Below, piece by piece: positions 16,675-25,492 of a DNA stretch of 46,454 bases. The notes beneath the pieces were generated by a model, which searched no databases, was not told the DNA's origin, and was given only the letters and a program-made list of their open reading frames with translations. The stretch spans positions 1-46,454 of the forward strand of contig JAHFJD010000002.1 of the NCBI GenBank assembly GCA_023246055.1, read 5' to 3'. How positions within the stretch are numbered: position 1 is the stretch's first letter; each line of letters begins with the position of its first letter. A program made the position numbers and the translations under genes. Origin of the DNA: Candidatus Doudnabacteria bacterium (GTDB lineage Bacteria; Patescibacteriota; Doudnabacteria; UBA920; 2-01-FULL-46-14).

Positions 16675-16803
16675 AAACTTCCCCCTTTGCAAACTAAAGC
16701 AACATCAAACCCACTGCGGATTTGGTTGGTTATTATAGCTTGTCGGGCATTTGCACGCAAAAAAACCGCTTCTCGAGTAGCTCGAAGCGGTCGCACCAGC
16801 CGA

Positions 16804-17214
16804 TCATCTGCGTCCAACGCTTGCCAAATGAACCATTCGATGCCGAGCCTTTATCTTCGCCCTTCCACGATACCCCTTAGCCTCGTCAGGCGGTTTGTAA
16901 TTATTACCACGGTGGCTTGCGAGAATTCTCGCGTTGGCGAGCTCGGCTTTCACTTTCCACAGAAGCATAGCAGTATTTCCAGACTCCTTCAGGAGATCAA
17001 TGGCTTCTTCTAGGGCATAACACTCGTCCTCATATCGCTGCTGGCGAAAGAACACCGCAGCGATTCCCAGATACGCCCTAGGGCTTGTGGGTTTGCTCAC
17101 GATCGCGCATTGCAAGTAATACAAGGCGCGATCAAGTGTGCGCCTTTCGTAGAGTTCGAGCTTTTGTAAGAGCGCCAATCCTTCGCGCAAATAATCGTGC
17201 TTCCTTCTGCTCAT
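16804..17214 (-). CDS. TPR-like hypothetical protein
   Basis: ATG at 17214 after AAGGAGGG. Helical repeats of TPR-like character (ALYYLQCAI..., AYLGIAAVFFRQQRYEDE). Confidence 0.5.
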   Translation of the reverse strand: MSRRKHDYLREGLALLQKLELYERRTLDRALYYLQCAIVSKPTSPRAYLGIAAVFFRQQRYEDECYALEEAIDLLKESGNTAMLLWKVKAELANARILASHRGNNYKPPDEAKGYRGRAKIKARHRMVHLASVGRR

Positions 17215-17330
17215 GATGCCCTCCTTGAACGTAACATCAATATATTCCAAACTCTCGATTTATTCAAGATTTGACCAAAAGCGCAAAATTTGATAAAACG
17301 AAGGGAACGAATCCAAGGGAGGAATAAAAA

Positions 17331-17852
17331 ATGTCACGAAAGAGAAAAGTCTTCGCGTTCATGATTTTGCTCGGAATAGTATTGCTTCTGCAATACTTGA
17401 CCACAAGCTTCCACAGCCTGGGCTGGCATTGGCAAATCCTGCTCCCGGCACTTACCATGACCCTCATGGGATTGCCCTTTGCCTTCTACCTGTCGCGAGA
17501 AATCTTCGATGCCATCATGGCTCTCGGGTGGATCGGATTGTTCATACCGGGAATGCTCGCGAGCACACTGCTCATCGGACCATTTAACCTTAGTCTGGGC
17601 GCGCTTCCAGGGTTACTGATTGCGCTTTTGGTCAGTCTGTTTGGCTCTGTATCGTTTTGGGTCGTGGCTCTGACGCCAGCAGTACTGGAACATTTGGCCA
17701 ATGCTGCAGAGGGGTTCCAAAATGCGTTAGGCGCTGCGATCGGACCGGATGTTATAGGTGGCCTAATTGCCAGGGCTCGTCCAGATCAGCTTACCGAGAG
17801 CGGTCGATTTCATGAGCAAACCGGCCGGCGAGGAAAAGAATGGCTGAATTGA
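17331..17852 (+). CDS. Hypothetical integral membrane protein
   Basis: ATG after GGGAGGA. Four to five hydrophobic helices. Confidence 0.6.
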   Translation: MSRKRKVFAFMILLGIVLLLQYLTTSFHSLGWHWQILLPALTMTLMGLPFAFYLSREIFDAIMALGWIGLFIPGMLASTLLIGPFNLSLGALPGLLIALLVSLFGSVSFWVVALTPAVLEHLANAAEGFQNALGAAIGPDVIGGLIARARPDQLTESGRFHEQTGRRGKEWLN

Positions 17853-17922
17853 GCCAAGCAAATATCTAAGAGTCCCCGACTTCTAGCTCGCAGGACTCTC
17901 TTTTTTTATATATAATTGATTC

Positions 17923-18624
17923 ATGCATAGTGCCGCAAAGTCAAAACTCAACAAACGAAAGCGATACCTGCAACTCGCGTTCAATAGCACGCTCGAGGAT
18001 GCGCAAAATATTATCGCTGACCTGCCGCTAAGCGATCGCATCATTCTGGAGGCAGGCACGCCCCTCGTAAAGCGCTACGGCATGAACGCTGTTTCGAAGA
18101 TAGCCTACTGGTATCAAAACAGAATAAATTCTTTTGGGGCGGCGATCGTTCCCTATATCGTAGCAGATCTGAAAACCATGGACCGCGGCCGCGCCGAAGT
18201 GGAAATGGCGCAGGCAGCGGGCGCCACTGCTGTTGTCGCTTTAGGAAGCGCCCCAGTGGAAACACTCAACGCATTTATCGAAAATTGCGAGTCTGTCGGA
18301 GTTGATGCCATGATCGACATGATGAATGTCGAGTACCCCGTGAGTATTCTCGCCAAACTAAAAAAACTCCCGCCCGTAGTCATCCTCCACCGCGGGGTGG
18401 ACGAGGAACAATTTAACCGCGAAAAACAAATCCCCTGGCATGAAATCCAGAGGATCAAAGGCGCTTACGACATCATGATTTCCATCGCCGGAGGAGATAC
18501 GATACGCGAGGTTCAACGTTCGATATTCAACAGCGCCGATATAGTCGTGGTATGGAAATCAGTATTTTCGAGTAGTGATGAGACGATCGGTCTCATCGAA
18601 GGATTTTTAAAAGCAATCAAATAA
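17923..18624 (+). CDS. 3-hexulose-6-phosphate synthase / OMP-decarboxylase-superfamily protein
   Basis: LQLAFN, EAGTPL, ADLKTMDRG, GATAVVALG and IAGGD, in the order typical of the HPS/KGPDC family. Confidence 0.7.
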   Translation: MHSAAKSKLNKRKRYLQLAFNSTLEDAQNIIADLPLSDRIILEAGTPLVKRYGMNAVSKIAYWYQNRINSFGAAIVPYIVADLKTMDRGRAEVEMAQAAGATAVVALGSAPVETLNAFIENCESVGVDAMIDMMNVEYPVSILAKLKKLPPVVILHRGVDEEQFNREKQIPWHEIQRIKGAYDIMISIAGGDTIREVQRSIFNSADIVVVWKSVFSSSDETIGLIEGFLKAIK

Positions 18625-18636
18625 TCTCGCCGGGGG

Positions 18637-19542
18637 TTATTTTGTCTTCTGTTTCAAATAATCACCCAGGGTCTTGATGCCTTCCATAAATTCTATGGGC
18701 AAGGCAAAAATCACGGTTTTGGATGGATCGGGATTGATTTTTTCAATGGTTTGCAAGGTTCTCATAGACAGTCCGCCGGGAACGTTCGCCAATCTCTCGG
18801 CAGCCTGCGACAATTTCTCGGCTGCAGTAAATTCTCCTTCGGCCCGGATGATGATCGCGCGGCGTTCCCGTTCAGACTCGGCCTGCTTGGCCATGATCCG
18901 TTTCATGTCTGCCGGCAGCTCGATGTCCTGAATCTTGATGTCTGTAACGTTAATGCCCCAAGCCATAGTCGCCTCATCCACGATCTTTTTTATTTCTTCG
19001 GAAATTTGGACCCGTTCGGAAAGCAGGGCGTCGAGTTCCACTCCGCCGATCACATCGCGCAGCGCGGCTTGAGCGTACTGCGAAACCGCCAAGGTAAAAT
19101 CTTTGATGTTAAGAATAGCCTTTTCCGCTGATTCCACTTGAAAATACACCACGGCATTGATGCCCACCGGCACATTGTCACGCGTGATAACCTCTTGCTG
19201 GGGAATATCCACTGTCGTGATACGCAGGTCAACTTTCTGCATAGTCTGAATACCAATGAAGATCCAGGTGAGACCCGGCTGTCTCGTGCTTGTGTATTTA
19301 CCGAGGGTGAGCATCACACCCCGGTCATATTGATCCACAACTCGCAGTCCCCCCAGGCCAAAGATCAACACGAGTAACACGAGGAGCCAAAAGAAAATCG
19401 AAAATCCAGAAAAGACGCCAGAATTCGCCAGAGCCACAGCCCCAACCACTAAAAACAACATTGTGCCCACAAGCGACCCAATCGGGTTTGGCGAACGATT
19501 AGACCTGTTTTTGATGTTGAAATTGAAATCTTCGAGGTTCAT
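18637..19542 (-). CDS. SPFH/band-7 (stomatin-like) membrane protein
   Basis: N-terminal TM helices followed by a band-7 domain (RVVDQYDRGVMLTLGKY..., LRDVIG, ERERRA). Confidence 0.85.
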   Translation of the reverse strand: MNLEDFNFNIKNRSNRSPNPIGSLVGTMLFLVVGAVALANSGVFSGFSIFFWLLVLLVLIFGLGGLRVVDQYDRGVMLTLGKYTSTRQPGLTWIFIGIQTMQKVDLRITTVDIPQQEVITRDNVPVGINAVVYFQVESAEKAILNIKDFTLAVSQYAQAALRDVIGGVELDALLSERVQISEEIKKIVDEATMAWGINVTDIKIQDIELPADMKRIMAKQAESERERRAIIIRAEGEFTAAEKLSQAAERLANVPGGLSMRTLQTIEKINPDPSKTVIFALPIEFMEGIKTLGDYLKQKTK

Positions 19543-19666
19543 AATGGGATTATAGCAGATAGCGATTAAACCATCCAGCCCTTATCTTTAATCTATACGT
19601 TTTATCATGTTAGCACGCTAATACAATTGCTTATAAAATATCGATATTATTGTCCTTTTTCTTCAA

Positions 19667-19745
19667 TGCCGCGGGAGGGAGTCGAACCCTCATGATCTTG
19701 CGACCGCGGGATTTTGCCGCGCCCGACCTCGCCTGGACAGATGTC
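19667..19745 (-). pseudogene. tRNA-like fragment: T-arm and 3' acceptor strand present, no complementary 5' acceptor strand
   Basis: GAGGG-TTCGACT-CCCTC-CCGCGGC-A is preceded by a CGCGG-CAAAATC-CCGCG arm that lacks U33. No GCCGCGG occurs upstream. It lies 11 nt from the 3' end of tRNA-Leu. Confidence 0.4.
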
Positions 19746-19755
19746 AGAATGTAAA

Positions 19756-19839
19756 TGCCGATGGTGGGAGTCGAACCCACACGGTATTGCTACCACTGGA
19801 TTTTGAGTCCAGCGCGTCTGCCAGTTCCGCCACATCGGC
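19756..19839 (-). tRNA. tRNA-Leu (anticodon CAA), type II with long variable arm
   Basis: GCCGATG...CTGGA-CTCAAAA-TCCAG, variable arm TGGTAGCAATACCGT, T-arm TGGGTTCGACTCCCA, acceptor CATCGGC-A. Confidence 0.9.
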
Positions 19840-19840
19840 T

Positions 19841-20083
19841 TTAATCCAATTTTAAACTATCGAGATACTTTCTGCCAACCCCACTTTTCAAAAATTTTTC
19901 TCTATCTCTCGCCTCTACGTAATCTTTATAAGACTCCCTCAAAATCAATGCAAACGGCGCATAACGTTTTGTGCTTAAATTTCTGCCGGAATTATGACGT
20001 CGCAATCGATCTTCAATCTTATTTGTTATGCCAACGTACCGGTACTTATGATTTATACTTTTTATTACATACAAGCTAATCAT
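19841..20083 (-). CDS. GIY-YIG nuclease-family protein (80 aa)
   Basis: MISLYVIKS..YRYVGIT..RLRRHN..G pattern with ATG at 20083. Its stop codon lies 2 nt from the tRNA-Leu 5' end. Confidence 0.8.
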   Translation of the reverse strand: MISLYVIKSINHKYRYVGITNKIEDRLRRHNSGRNLSTKRYAPFALILRESYKDYVEARDREKFLKSGVGRKYLDSLKLD

Positions 20084-20090
20084 GTGCGGT

Positions 20091-20131
20091 CGCCAGAGGC
20101 GACTAAATCTGCCAGCTTGCCCGCCTCTGGC
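20091..20131. repeat. PE-5 hairpin upstream of the GIY-YIG gene
   Basis: cgccagaggcg-(19 nt)-cgcctctggcg. The core ccagaggcgggca(g)gcaagc recurs at 46224-46244. Confidence 0.65.
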
Positions 20132-20167
20132 GGGTTCCGCCACCGCGGCAAGCCAATGCATTATATT

Positions 20168-20683
20168 TTAATTTCTCACCGACTTCAAGATTCGCTGCAC
20201 AAGCCACGCGGAAACTAGGCCGATAAATGCCCCGCCGAGAATATCAGAGGGGTAGTGAATGCCGGCGTAAACCCGAACAAGCCCGAGAATCGTGGCCAAG
20301 ACAACAAGCATGACCCCCGCCTGCCTATTCCAAAAATAGACTCCAAACGCAACCGCGAAATAAAATGCCGCGTGTCCGGAAGGAAACGACGCTTCGCTAG
20401 CATTTTTTTCGATCAGTTGACGGACATCCTCCAAATGTTCATTCACAAAAGGTCGCGGCCGCTGGTACATAAAGCGGATGAGTTCAGTGAACAGTCCTCG
20501 AGACAACACAATTGCCAATAATAGCTTCCAGAAAAGCCGACGATTGATAAAAAAGAACAACGCAACAATCCCGGCAAACAAATATAATCCATAACTGTTT
20601 GCATAAAGCATCGCCTGATCTCTCAACCCGGACCGCCCAGCCAGGTGATTGAAAAGCAAAAATACTTGTTCATCGATATTCAT
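20168..20683 (-). CDS. PAP2-superfamily phosphatase (undecaprenyl-diphosphatase-like)
   Basis: Motifs PSGHAA and YAGIHYPSD, with multiple TM helices. Confidence 0.85.
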   Translation of the reverse strand: MNIDEQVFLLFNHLAGRSGLRDQAMLYANSYGLYLFAGIVALFFFINRRLFWKLLLAIVLSRGLFTELIRFMYQRPRPFVNEHLEDVRQLIEKNASEASFPSGHAAFYFAVAFGVYFWNRQAGVMLVVLATILGLVRVYAGIHYPSDILGGAFIGLVSAWLVQRILKSVRN

Positions 20684-21414
20684 ATTTCAGTAGTCTCCAA
20701 AACGACTGGTTTATGATCAGAGCCAAACCGCTGCCCATAGGTTCGGCTGAAAAATTTTGTCCAGCTGTTGGGAATCAGAATATGGTCAATCTGCGTTCCC
20801 CAAAATGGACAGGTCACTACTTGTTCCATGCTCAATTTCAATCCACGGACCTGACAGTGATTCTTGAGCATTTTCATTTCATTCGAAAAAAAATCATTCC
20901 ATGACGAGCGGTTGAGGATTCCAAGAAATGGATTGTACGGCCAATGGGCGAAAGAATTAAAATCGCCGCAAACGATATTTGCGTCAACACACAGATTCTG
21001 CATTACTTCATCAAGCAATAGCATACGCAGCGACGGCGCCAATTGGTATGGGAGATGGACATTGAAGACCCTTAGTCTATTCTTCTCGAAAAGATAATCG
21101 CTATATTGAAATTGGCTATCTGCATCCCTCCACCCGCTAAATTGGGAGAGCAAAGTATTTCGGATGGGACGGTTAAAATTCTTTGCAACATTCGCCCGGG
21201 ACTTTATACCAGCTGCAATAACAGAGTACACCTCACGTCCATAGTAATGCCGAGGAATCGCTGTCGAAGCATAAAAATTTTGCTGTAAATATTGGAGGGT
21301 ATCAGATCGGACCTCCTGCAAGCAAAGAATGTCGATATCTAAACTTTGCATAAATTTAACGCATGCTTGTTGATTCTTGTTTTTGAAATAAAGATTCCAG
21401 GTTGCAAATTTCAT
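20680..21414 (-). CDS. Endonuclease/exonuclease/phosphatase (EEP) family protein
   Basis: Motifs WNLY, LCLQEV, CGDFN and SDHKP. Overlaps the PAP2 gene by 4 nt. Confidence 0.85.
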   Translation of the reverse strand: MKFATWNLYFKNKNQQACVKFMQSLDIDILCLQEVRSDTLQYLQQNFYASTAIPRHYYGREVYSVIAAGIKSRANVAKNFNRPIRNTLLSQFSGWRDADSQFQYSDYLFEKNRLRVFNVHLPYQLAPSLRMLLLDEVMQNLCVDANIVCGDFNSFAHWPYNPFLGILNRSSWNDFFSNEMKMLKNHCQVRGLKLSMEQVVTCPFWGTQIDHILIPNSWTKFFSRTYGQRFGSDHKPVVLETTEI

Positions 21415-21423
21415 CTAAAAAAC

Positions 21424-22752
21424 TCAGTCAACACCTGGCACGGAAAATTTACTGGCGAGTGCTATAACTTGAGATTTTACTTCTTTTATTGTGGGATGGT
21501 TTTCCAATGATGCCGCAAATTCCTTAACCGCACTAGCGCGTTTTTCTCTGTCAAGAGGCATTTCTGTAAGCGCGAATTCCTTGACAATTCTAGCGATTAG
21601 TTTTCCCGCTTTTTGCATCTCCTGCTCCTTCATTCCGCGCGAAGTGACCGCCGGCGTCCCCAGTCTAATGCCAGAAGGATAAAAAGGTGGCGAAGGATCA
21701 TTGGGAATCGGTTGTTTGTTGACGCTAATCTCTGCGGCCTCCAGGGCCTTTTCAATGAATATGCCACGGCCAGGACCGAAAGGACGCAAATCAATCATAA
21801 GCAAATGATTGTCACTGCCGCCGGAAATCAGCTTCAATCCTTCTTCCATCAGCGATTCTGCCAGAGCCTTGGTATTTTTTATAATCTGTTCTGTGTACTC
21901 TTTGAATTCCGGAGTCATTGATTCTTTTAGGGCCACGGCAATTCCGGCAATAGTATGTTCATGCGGGCCGCCTTGCATTCCTGGAAAAACTCCTTTGTCG
22001 ATTTGCTCCTTGTATTCCTTTTTGCAAAAAATCATTGCGCCTCGCGGTCCTCGCAATGTTTTATGGGTAGTGGTCATCACTACATCAGTAAAGGGAAACG
22101 GTGACGGATGAACACCGCCGATAATCAATCCAGAAATGTGAGACATGTCAACCATAGAAATGGCGCCGATAGATTTGGCGATCTCGTGCATACGTTTGAA
22201 GTCAATAATTCGTGGATAAGAGGTGAATCCGGAAACTATCAGCTTTGGTTTGTGCTCGAACGCCAGCTTTTCTATCGCATCATAATCCAGAGTTTCTGTT
22301 TTGGCATTTACTTCATAATGCACAAACTTGAAAGCTTTGGCCGACAAATTCGCCGGGTTGCCGTGAGTAAGATGCCCGCCATGATCCAATCGTAATGCCA
22401 TGATAGTGTCACCAAGGTTGAGCAGTCCGACATAAACCGCAAGATTCGCAGGGCTTCCCGAATAAGGCTGGACGTTTACATGATAGTTATCGCCCAAACC
22501 AAATGCTTCTTTGGCTCGCTTCTGACATAATCGCTCCACCAAATCCACATTCACACAGCCGCCATAATACCGCCTCCCAGGATAATTTTCCGCGTATTTA
22601 TTGTTTAGTATGCTTCCTGTCGCTTCCAAAACAGCGGCTGACGCATAGCTTTCCGAGGGAATCATTTCTAGGCCCTCTTTTTGCCTTCCAGCTTCTTTCT
22701 GGATCAGTTCGTAAACTTCCGGGTCTTCTTTTTTTAAGTGTTCGTAATTCAT
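21424..22752 (-). CDS. glyA: Serine hydroxymethyltransferase
   Basis: ATG at 22752 (MNYEHLKKEDPEVYELI). Contains the PLP-lysine motif TTTHKTLRGPRG. Confidence 0.95.
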   Translation of the reverse strand: MNYEHLKKEDPEVYELIQKEAGRQKEGLEMIPSESYASAAVLEATGSILNNKYAENYPGRRYYGGCVNVDLVERLCQKRAKEAFGLGDNYHVNVQPYSGSPANLAVYVGLLNLGDTIMALRLDHGGHLTHGNPANLSAKAFKFVHYEVNAKTETLDYDAIEKLAFEHKPKLIVSGFTSYPRIIDFKRMHEIAKSIGAISMVDMSHISGLIIGGVHPSPFPFTDVVMTTTHKTLRGPRGAMIFCKKEYKEQIDKGVFPGMQGGPHEHTIAGIAVALKESMTPEFKEYTEQIIKNTKALAESLMEEGLKLISGGSDNHLLMIDLRPFGPGRGIFIEKALEAAEISVNKQPIPNDPSPPFYPSGIRLGTPAVTSRGMKEQEMQKAGKLIARIVKEFALTEMPLDREKRASAVKEFAASLENHPTIKEVKSQVIALASKFSVPGVD

Positions 22753-22806
22753 GTTCGTTAGAAAATTAATAATATTGCCGTGAACCCCCACCCACCGGAA
22801 TACCGG

Positions 22807-22844
22807 TTCCCCCTCTCCCGATTACAGGCGAGGGTTGCAACGGT
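22807..22844. repeat. PE-1-like element upstream of glyA
   Basis: ccccctctcccg-attaca-ggcgaggg-ttgcaacgg. It is adjacent to the palindrome accgg-aat-accggt. Confidence 0.55.
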
Positions 22845-22893
22845 GTTTCACACAAATGGCAATATCTTGAGATCAATGGTGAGAATTTTTGTC

Positions 22894-24066
22894 TTAAGCA
22901 TGTTTGCGCAACAGTCCGTAAAACATAGTTAGGATTCCCACGAACGCGAAAACCAAAAAAATATTATTTGTATACGCGAGTATGGCGATGCTAGCGAGCG
23001 CTGTAACGATTTTGCCGATAGCCAGAGAAAACTCAAAGAACACACTATAAGCAAGCCCGCTCTCCCCGTCCACAGCCGCATTTTCATAGGTCAGCGAGTT
23101 CATCGGTACATTCAAAACGTTCTTTGCAGCCTTGGTCAAGATATCAAAACCAAGCACCAAAGCCACCCCGCTTGCCAAAAATCGCAACACCCAAGTCATG
23201 GCATAGAACACTGACGATTCCAGAATGATCCTATGACGGCCGCCTTGCCGATCAATGATCATTCCTACATACAACATTATCACAGTCCCAACTATGGTCG
23301 CAATGGTTGAAATCAAGCCCAAACTCTCAAAATCCCTGACCACAATATACATATAAATTGGCCAGAGGCTCATGAGCATCAGGTCCTCGGCAAAGCCCCA
23401 ATATCCAAAGAAATTACGGAAATATTTACGACATACCTGCCAGAGCCTTTTAAAAGTAAATTCTCGTTTCGCGTAAATATCAGGACTTGAAAACAAGGGA
23501 TAGCTCGAGAGCAAAACAAGCGCTCCCGCGGCGATAAATAAGCTTGAAAATCCAAAACGTTCAGAAATCACCCCGCCGAGAAGCGGGCCGCCGATAAACG
23601 CCACTTGAACGAGAGCGGTCAGAACCCCGATCTCCCGGCCTCGCTGGCTGCGTTTCGCGTTCACCGCAATGTCTGCATTGAAAGCCGGCCAAAACCACGA
23701 TTTTTGCAGCGCAAAGAAAATCGGGGTTACATAAAATAGCAAAGAGTTGGCTTTGATGAAATACAATCCAAACCAGTACATCACGAAAAAAATATTGGAA
23801 AGAAAAATTGCGTGCTTGTAGCCGTAGTGACTGGCAAATTTGGCGCCAAATACCACGAGGGCCGCATACCAGATATAGACCATGAGAAAAAATTCCATGA
23901 TTTTTGTAAAATCGTAACCGAGAGTATAGAGATAAACCGGTTCAAAAATAAAAACCATGGACAGCGCCAGGTTGGAAATAATGGTGAACCAGTAAACTTC
24001 AGTTACTTCGCGGTTCGGATGCGTTGTAAAATAATGCGGAAGATGATTTTTAAAATTTGAGAGCAT
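22894..24066 (-). CDS. MFS-type transporter
   Basis: 390 aa with about 12 hydrophobic helices in a 6+6 arrangement. Confidence 0.7.
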   Translation of the reverse strand: MLSNFKNHLPHYFTTHPNREVTEVYWFTIISNLALSMVFIFEPVYLYTLGYDFTKIMEFFLMVYIWYAALVVFGAKFASHYGYKHAIFLSNIFFVMYWFGLYFIKANSLLFYVTPIFFALQKSWFWPAFNADIAVNAKRSQRGREIGVLTALVQVAFIGGPLLGGVISERFGFSSLFIAAGALVLLSSYPLFSSPDIYAKREFTFKRLWQVCRKYFRNFFGYWGFAEDLMLMSLWPIYMYIVVRDFESLGLISTIATIVGTVIMLYVGMIIDRQGGRHRIILESSVFYAMTWVLRFLASGVALVLGFDILTKAAKNVLNVPMNSLTYENAAVDGESGLAYSVFFEFSLAIGKIVTALASIAILAYTNNIFLVFAFVGILTMFYGLLRKHA

Positions 24067-24715
24067 TGAGGATTTGGGTTTTTGTGATGGGCCCGCGGCG
24101 CAAAATTTTAATCTTATTTCCTTTTAATTGTACCATGGTTGATGACCGGACCCGCGGTAGTTTTCCACTGTCGAGACTCAAATCCGGCCGAAGTTTAGCG
24201 TTTCGGTATTGAAAATTGAGTTGTGAGACAGAATATGCGGTCGGATTGGTGGAGATGTTGGCGCTTGTGGCTGTAATTGGCCGTCCCAATTTTTTGACTA
24301 ATTGCAAAGCTATCTTGTTCTTTGGCACGCGAATCCCGACCGTGCCAGTTCCAGCCGAGAGAAGTGCAAAAGCGCTCCCTCTCCCCTTGCCCCCTCTCTT
24401 TCTCCCCCTCATGAGGGGGAGAAAGAGAGGGGGTCTGAGGGGTAGAATTAGTGTCAAGGTCCCCGGCAAAAACTCTTTAAATAATTTTTCTGCTGGCGCC
24501 GTAAACTCGGCATATTGTTTCGCCATTTTCAAGTCAGCAACTACGATATGAACGGGTTTATCCGGCCGTCGTTGCTTCATTTTGAAAAGCCGCCGCACTG
24601 CCCGCGCGTTCGTCGCGTCAACACCGAGGGCGTAAGCTGTATCAGTCGGAAAAACTACCGCCTTGCCAGCTTTAAGATATTTGATTGCATGATTTAAATT
24701 GGACAAGCGTGCCAC
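24050..24715 (-). CDS. tsaC: L-threonylcarbamoyladenylate synthase (YrdC/TsaC-domain protein)
   Basis: Contains VVFPTDTAYALG, LPGTLTLIL and GTVGIRVP. A PE-1 element is inserted between the last two motifs. Confidence 0.75.
   Translation of the reverse strand: MARLSNLNHAIKYLKAGKAVVFPTDTAYALGVDATNARAVRRLFKMKQRRPDKPVHIVVADLKMAKQYAEFTAPAEKLFKEFLPGTLTLILPLRPPLFLPLMRGRKRGGKGRGSAFALLSAGTGTVGIRVPKNKIALQLVKKLGRPITATSANISTNPTAYSVSQLNFQYRNAKLRPDLSLDSGKLPRVRSSTMVQLKGNKIKILRRGPITKTQILNALKF
24375..24443. repeat. PE-1 element (long form, 21-bp perfect arms) inside tsaC
   Basis: ccccctctctttctccccctc-at-gagggggagaaagagaggggg, translated as LRPPLFLPLMRGRKRGGKGRG. Confidence 0.85.
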
Positions 24716-24724
24716 GATCGTGTG

Positions 24725-25450
24725 CTAGTTGTCTAATTCCAAATCTTGGGGTACGGATATCTTTTTCCAGTGAGTTGCTTTTACCACCGAAAAATTACGA
24801 CCGTCTTTTACCATCTGTAAAAAAGTTTGCGGCAGTCCATATTCATTCGCCGGACTTCCAGCCGAGACGAGAGGATATTGAAACAGATCCTTATTTAAAA
24901 CATACGCCGAGGTATTTATCAATGCGCCGCCGCCTGCCGACCCGCGTTCCACTATATCAGCGAGTTCCCTTGCCTCATTGACCTTTACTACACCTCCTTG
25001 CAAAATTGAATTATCCGCGCCGCCTGGAAGCGGCCAAACTAATATAGCCAGCGGCTGTTTGATTAACATTTCGAGATCACCTTTGTAGTAAATATCGTCC
25101 CCTGACAAAACTAAAAATCTGTCGTTAAGCAGGTCCCTGCACTGGAAAACGGCATCGGCAGTGCCTTTCAACTCTTTTTGCTTAATATAAGTTATTTTCA
25201 GCTCTCTCCTCTCCCCCTTGTGGGGAGGAACTGAGGAAGTATGGATTACGAAGCTATCCCCAATCAATTCTTTTATCATCTCCCCTTTGTATCCGATGAC
25301 CACGATTACCTCTTCCACTTCATCAGGAAGCTCGGAAAGGTTATGTTCCAGGATTGTTTTATCCCCGATTTTGAGGAGCGGTTTTGGAGTACTCTTGGTT
25401 AAAACTCCCATCCTCGTCCCCCGTCCGGCGGCCAAAATTACACATTGCAT
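24725..25450 (-). CDS. Sugar-phosphate nucleotidyltransferase
   Basis: N-terminal ILAAGRGTRMG...KPLL motif. Carries an in-frame PE-1 insertion. Confidence 0.8.
   Translation of the reverse strand: MQCVILAAGRGTRMGVLTKSTPKPLLKIGDKTILEHNLSELPDEVEEVIVVIGYKGEMIKELIGDSFVIHTSSVPPHKGERRELKITYIKQKELKGTADAVFQCRDLLNDRFLVLSGDDIYYKGDLEMLIKQPLAILVWPLPGGADNSILQGGVVKVNEARELADIVERGSAGGGALINTSAYVLNKDLFQYPLVSAGSPANEYGLPQTFLQMVKDGRNFSVVKATHWKKISVPQDLELDN
25206..25239. repeat. PE-1 element inside the nucleotidyltransferase gene
   Basis: ctcctctccccc-ttgt-ggggagga-actgaggaag, translated as SSVPPHKGERRE. Confidence 0.8.
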
Positions 25451-25451
25451 A

Positions 25452-25492
25452 GTTCCGCGTTTGTCTGCGTCAAGTCCGCGTTAGTCCGCGTT
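25452..25492. repeat. About 4 x 10-bp tandem repeat (AGTCCGCGTT-like) spanning the leuS stop
   Basis: gttccgcgtt tgtctgcgtca agtccgcgtt agtccgcgtt. The last unit encodes the leuS C-terminus NAD and the stop. Confidence 0.8.
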
